A stretch of 64,000 bases of DNA from Phormidesmis sp. GTDB lineage: Bacteria > Cyanobacteriota > Cyanobacteriia > Leptolyngbyales > Leptolyngbyaceae. A program made the translations under genes and the position numbers. The stretch covers positions 416,001-480,000 of the forward strand of contig CBDFJR010000005.1 in assembly GCA_965248535.1 (NCBI GenBank). The letters run 5' to 3'. Below the pieces are notes generated by a model that saw only the letters and a list, made by a program, of their open reading frames with translations, was not told the DNA's origin and made no database searches. This document shows positions 61,101 to 64,000 of the stretch, in pieces. The first letter of the stretch is position 1. Every line of letters begins with the position of its first letter.

Positions 61101-61218
61101 GGCAGCCCATCAAGTAGACCTCGTGCCCGCGCTCGAATAGTCCCTGAGCCAGCAAGATCAAAACCCGATCGAGACCAAAGCGAAATAAGAACCTCTCATT
61201 GCAAATCAAAATTTTCAT
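58153..61218 (-). CDS. Trifunctional GT4-GT4-class I methyltransferase fusion
   Basis: Two GT4 signatures (WEGFNLPLAE, IEGFGMPILE) then IEIGTYYGGS and IDGDH methyltransferase motifs; start set at MKILIC. Confidence 0.87.
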   Translation of the reverse strand: MKILICNERFLFRFGLDRVLILLAQGLFERGHEVYLMGCRCDEAIVRPFTQKLIQVPPAPDDYANSDEFTAEWLEAHWSSLFSPTDQPDVVITGGWPFFQSLEFFSRVCQTVLFVDAGAVPLDGFSGHGRSIQEKLRKLRRTYLSKATGILPISEFIAKTQSIPDRGSDTGVQSILLGADHLEMPLWKQPLLQQKKSSGSSLEIVERLQSTGRVCILNLGRWEAGCYKNSEACFDLVRRLMPQHPQIVLLVLAEPSDLQIPRDLRGHLRAIGFPDDAELQTVMQQVKLGVSVSLWEGFNLPLAEMQWLQKPALAFDLAAHPEVVVHPWFLCADAADMAEKVSFILSDRIPDSAQSAEHYDRFRSQFRWQAVVDRYCQTLSTAVQTNHRLSSSTNDVRLLLIDVTNSCRDAANSGVIRVTRQLCRALQTRFDPVFVVWDFATERYVLPSEAGYQQLGQFNGPHLPSYALTILERYGQISLDEFLTLKSDYDPRQTRFLLAETVIDPRVEKAFAYGKQQGWKTSAIFYDLIPVLHPELCSNSVSSLFVNYLQMLSGVDQSIAISEYSATCLLNYWAQNKVNHGNVVSVLLPGEFSQNSRTVETPDRRSNLIKILCVSTLEPRKNHITLLKSFELLAQRYPHLDWRLTLVGNRYEGAPEIYEAVKTASAKDSRIEWLGVVDDAKLHQLYEQSTFTIYSSLIEGFGMPILESVWHGRVCLCHREGVMAELAAEGGCWVVDMTDAAAIADAINTLSADPSLLTQLSEAASNRQLKNWDDYAQEVSAILGLDIDSGRSNMVSSLQLDSSRWEDLLYPNCLLERWQMHDSERIALTGLLARHQPKCCIEIGTYYGGSLSLLDQYSEMVFSIDIDPEVPSRLPGMKNVSYLTGQSSILLPLLFTALEEEHIPIDFVLIDGDHSAEGVRRDIEIILTYRPKKPMLVVMHDSFNPGCRQGIMTANWRSSPYVTWLDVDFVPGRIVESDNPFGGEMWGGLALALLSPTPRQGDLIISASATSLYELALHSRQ

Positions 61219-61231
61219 CGAAGTCGTCTCC

Positions 61232-62329
61232 TCACTTCTTCCAGCCAATCACTGCATAATCTTGGCATCCCAGCAACAGGGTTTGTAGAAACGCGTTATT
61301 CAAATGATGGTCAGTATCTGTGTCGTGTAACCGATGAACTTCGACCGCATGGAAACCGCGATTTTCTAAAATAAACTTTGCCATCATCGGGGGAATCGGG
61401 TTGCGGTGAGTTGGGTCGAGATAGAAATTACAAGCCCCAACAATTAGGTTTTCTGGGTTAGGAGTTTCAAGAATTAAAACTCCATCGGGTTCCAAAACTC
61501 GAAAAGCTTGATCAATAAACTCCATGTGATCACGAAATGATAAATGCTCAATCACATGAAAAGCAGAAACAGCCATTACAGAATCAGAGGGTAACGAAGC
61601 CAGATGCTCTATCCCATCTTTTTCAATCACGTCAAACCCTTGGTCTTGACACGATTTGATCATGACTCGGTTTGTATCGACCCCCAACGCACTAAAGTTG
61701 GCTTCTGCTAACAACTCAAGCCATTCTCCACGTCCGCAGCCAACATCAATGACTCTCTTGCTAGCGCTGGTTTCTGAGGCTTTCTCGATCGTGGGAATGT
61801 AATAGTTCAAACGCTCCTTAATTTCAAGTCGATCGCCGCGAAATTGACCCTCAAATTCTGCATAGAAGGCATCCAGTGAATGCTGATCTTCAGAGGTATC
61901 CTGCTGCTCAATTTCCTGATGAAGACGATGATCGACATGACTAACTCGTGCAGCGATCGTCTTAATTTCTGTCATCAAGTGCCGATTAATTGCTGTAGAC
62001 TCGCGCAAGGCCCGCAGCAGATTAAGATTAACTTCTCGTTGGTCTCTAAACAAGAAGTTAAATAACTTCAAAACAAAGTTTTGGATGGGGTCTGGCTTCA
62101 ACAGAAACCGACTCAATTTATCCGGCAGTTTTGTCCGAACATTCGTTCTAGATTCTGCATTTCTCAGCAATAGCTCAATGTGGTCGATCATCGCGCTGAC
62201 TTTAGCAGTTTCGACACTGTGATCCTCTGCGGAAAACTGCTGGACTACTCGACGACGCTTTTTGACTTCTATCCTGATTTTTTGCATCAGGTCGTCAACA
62301 TTAATCTCTGAATTGTTTGCCTCAGGCAT
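61232..62329 (-). CDS. SAM-dependent methyltransferase with N-terminal helical/coiled-coil region
   Basis: FEGQFRG, VIDVGCGRGEWL, FHVIEHL, ETPNPEN, FYLDPTH. Confidence 0.9.
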   Translation of the reverse strand: MPEANNSEINVDDLMQKIRIEVKKRRRVVQQFSAEDHSVETAKVSAMIDHIELLLRNAESRTNVRTKLPDKLSRFLLKPDPIQNFVLKLFNFLFRDQREVNLNLLRALRESTAINRHLMTEIKTIAARVSHVDHRLHQEIEQQDTSEDQHSLDAFYAEFEGQFRGDRLEIKERLNYYIPTIEKASETSASKRVIDVGCGRGEWLELLAEANFSALGVDTNRVMIKSCQDQGFDVIEKDGIEHLASLPSDSVMAVSAFHVIEHLSFRDHMEFIDQAFRVLEPDGVLILETPNPENLIVGACNFYLDPTHRNPIPPMMAKFILENRGFHAVEVHRLHDTDTDHHLNNAFLQTLLLGCQDYAVIGWKK

Positions 62330-62375
62330 ATTTTTTTACCTCAATAACCCTCATTTACCCAATGCCACAGACCGC

Positions 62376-63998
62376 TCACGTTACCTCAATACAAACATCT
62401 TGCATCATCTGAGTCGGCGCTTGATCAAACCAACGAACGCCCTCCTGAACAAGGGTCATTCTCAAAATATAACGACCTGGCACTGGAAGAGCTTTGACTC
62501 TGGCTCGATAGATTTTTTTGCTCTGATGAACCGCAGGAAAATTTTGGGGTTTGGGATCACTGCGATCGAGAATCGGAAATAACCTGGTTCGCTCTCCATC
62601 AAAAACGATAGAGTCGTGAGTCTGTGAATCTAGCCAGTGATAGGCAATGTGAACGGGATGGGAACCGTAGCTATGCAGAACAAACTCGCTATTGTTTTGT
62701 AGCGCTAACTGAACTTCAAACTCACGATCGGCTTTTACCTGGTTAGCAAAATCTGTGATCAACAGCCTGAGTTGACCTCCAGAAATAGGGCTGAGGGGCG
62801 ACATCTCTAATCGACTTTTCAACGCGTCTAGATCGATCGCTTGATGAGAGGCCACAGCAAACAAACTAGGCGCGCTCGCAAGCTCTCTAATAGAGAACTT
62901 TTTTGTTAAGCTGCCACCAGGGTTATCGTGACTGCCAAACCATAAATGCAGATGTTTGAAATGTTGACTTAACTGCCGCTTCATCACCCGCGGAGATTGC
63001 TCATTGATGTGCATGAGTAGCTCATATCTTGATCGAGGTTCTGGCGGCAAATAAGCACCTACAGAAGCGGCAATCTTTCGTTTGCGAACATAGTCATATT
63101 TGTAATGCCACAGGTTAGGAAAGGTGTGAATAATCAACAAACCTGATGGATTTAATTGGTCAGCTACTTTTTGGTAAAGCTGATTAACTTCATCAAAAGA
63201 CAAATGTTCGATTAAGTCAGAGGCGATCGCGAGATCATAGCGCTCTGTTAAGGCAACCTTGCAAACGTCATCACAGATAAACTCTACGTTCTTTCTTAGC
63301 TGATCGTCGCCATCAAAACACTTTTCTGCTAAATCAATGGCACTTTGAGAATAGTCAACCGACGTGACTGAAAACCCCTGATTTGCGAAGTAGTAGCTCA
63401 ATTCACCGCGTCCACATCCCAAATCAAGGACTCGCCCTGACTGACGCAGACCCGCGATCGTGGCAGTCGCTTGCAGTCGCGGGTCGGCCAACTGTTTTCC
63501 TTGATGTCTCTTATAAACGTCATAGCCACCGCAATCTTGAAGATAGTAGCCTGTCGTGTATGTTTCGCGAATCGAGAGTGAGCCTGCCCCCTGCGATCGC
63601 CGTTGCTGCACCTGCACCAAATAGTCTTCAGAGACTTTGATCAAAAGCTCTCCGGCATAGCCCGGAATCACCCCATACCAGTCAAACAAATCACTATAGC
63701 GAAGCAGAAAATCATTCACCGCCGTAAAGTTTTGACGAGTCCAGAGATAGCCATCGACCAAAACATAGCGAGCCTGCTTTAGGGCAAGTTCTAAATCGTG
63801 AAAGGTGCCATCACCATCTTGTTGACCATCGACATGAACAAGATCATAGATGTCTCCCGGAAACCACTCCATCGTTTGAGTATCTGCCACGATGAAATCA
63901 GCGCTGAAGGGTTGGGTGATTTTTTTAGCCCAATTGATAGCCCCCTGTGTTCCGCCAAATGTGTCTACGTCTAAATCAATTCCAACATAGTGAGCGGT
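62376..63998 (-). CDS. Double methyltransferase with C-terminal Ig-like domain, 5'-partial (frame open to window edge)
   Basis: Frame continues upstream of 63890 (TAHYVGIDLD...); YDLVHVDG domain 1; VLDLGCGRGE, DLIEHL domain 2; YHWLD...PGRY...LVQEGVRWF beta-sandwich. Confidence 0.85.
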   Translation of the reverse strand, partial: TAHYVGIDLDVDTFGGTQGAINWAKKITQPFSADFIVADTQTMEWFPGDIYDLVHVDGQQDGDGTFHDLELALKQARYVLVDGYLWTRQNFTAVNDFLLRYSDLFDWYGVIPGYAGELLIKVSEDYLVQVQQRRSQGAGSLSIRETYTTGYYLQDCGGYDVYKRHQGKQLADPRLQATATIAGLRQSGRVLDLGCGRGELSYYFANQGFSVTSVDYSQSAIDLAEKCFDGDDQLRKNVEFICDDVCKVALTERYDLAIASDLIEHLSFDEVNQLYQKVADQLNPSGLLIIHTFPNLWHYKYDYVRKRKIAASVGAYLPPEPRSRYELLMHINEQSPRVMKRQLSQHFKHLHLWFGSHDNPGGSLTKKFSIRELASAPSLFAVASHQAIDLDALKSRLEMSPLSPISGGQLRLLITDFANQVKADREFEVQLALQNNSEFVLHSYGSHPVHIAYHWLDSQTHDSIVFDGERTRLFPILDRSDPKPQNFPAVHQSKKIYRARVKALPVPGRYILRMTLVQEGVRWFDQAPTQMMQDVCIEVT

Positions 63999-64000
63999 TG

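Larger units (their letters stand above)
1..64000. repeat. HIP1 octamer GCGATCGC dispersed through the window
   Basis: Frequent in coding and intergenic DNA, e.g. 1791-1798, 4330-4337; not counted exactly. Confidence 0.95.

Noticed and set aside
1..64000. CRISPR array, tRNA or rRNA genes
   Set aside because: No regularly spaced 25-40 nt repeats or recognisable structural RNA genes seen; recurring GCGATCGC is HIP1

Overview
Chromosomal window from a beta-cyanobacterium (form IB rbcL-rbcX-rbcS, dense HIP1 GCGATCGC octamers; gene set and the NirA-ferredoxin architecture suggest a Leptolyngbya-like filamentous lineage, which is inference). Left to right: rbcLXS; small housekeeping genes (ampG-like, GNAT, HEAT repeat, leuD, MOSC); a nirA-nrtABCD-DUF1830-narB nitrate operon with a canonical NtcA/NtcB promoter and a hidden, frameshifted C-terminal [2Fe-2S] ferredoxin on NirA; a Rieske lipoprotein and NarL regulator; a TetR fused to a degenerate tyrosine-recombinase domain facing a desaturase across two palindromic operators; a Ser/Thr kinase-AAA-GAF-PAS-His kinase + FIST + sensorless His kinase triad; a TetR-linked RND pump; ABC components; an accessory patch at about 40.5-45.5 kb (MITE-like element, MmeI-like Type IIL R-M gene with AT-rich specificity region, tnpB pseudogene, group II intron 5' fragment); a His-to-Gln pseudo-kinase; CRR6; and the downstream part of a methyltransferase-rich surface polysaccharide cluster that runs off the right edge. 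No tRNA, rRNA or CRISPR array was seen. All family assignments come from motif recognition by eye, without database searches.
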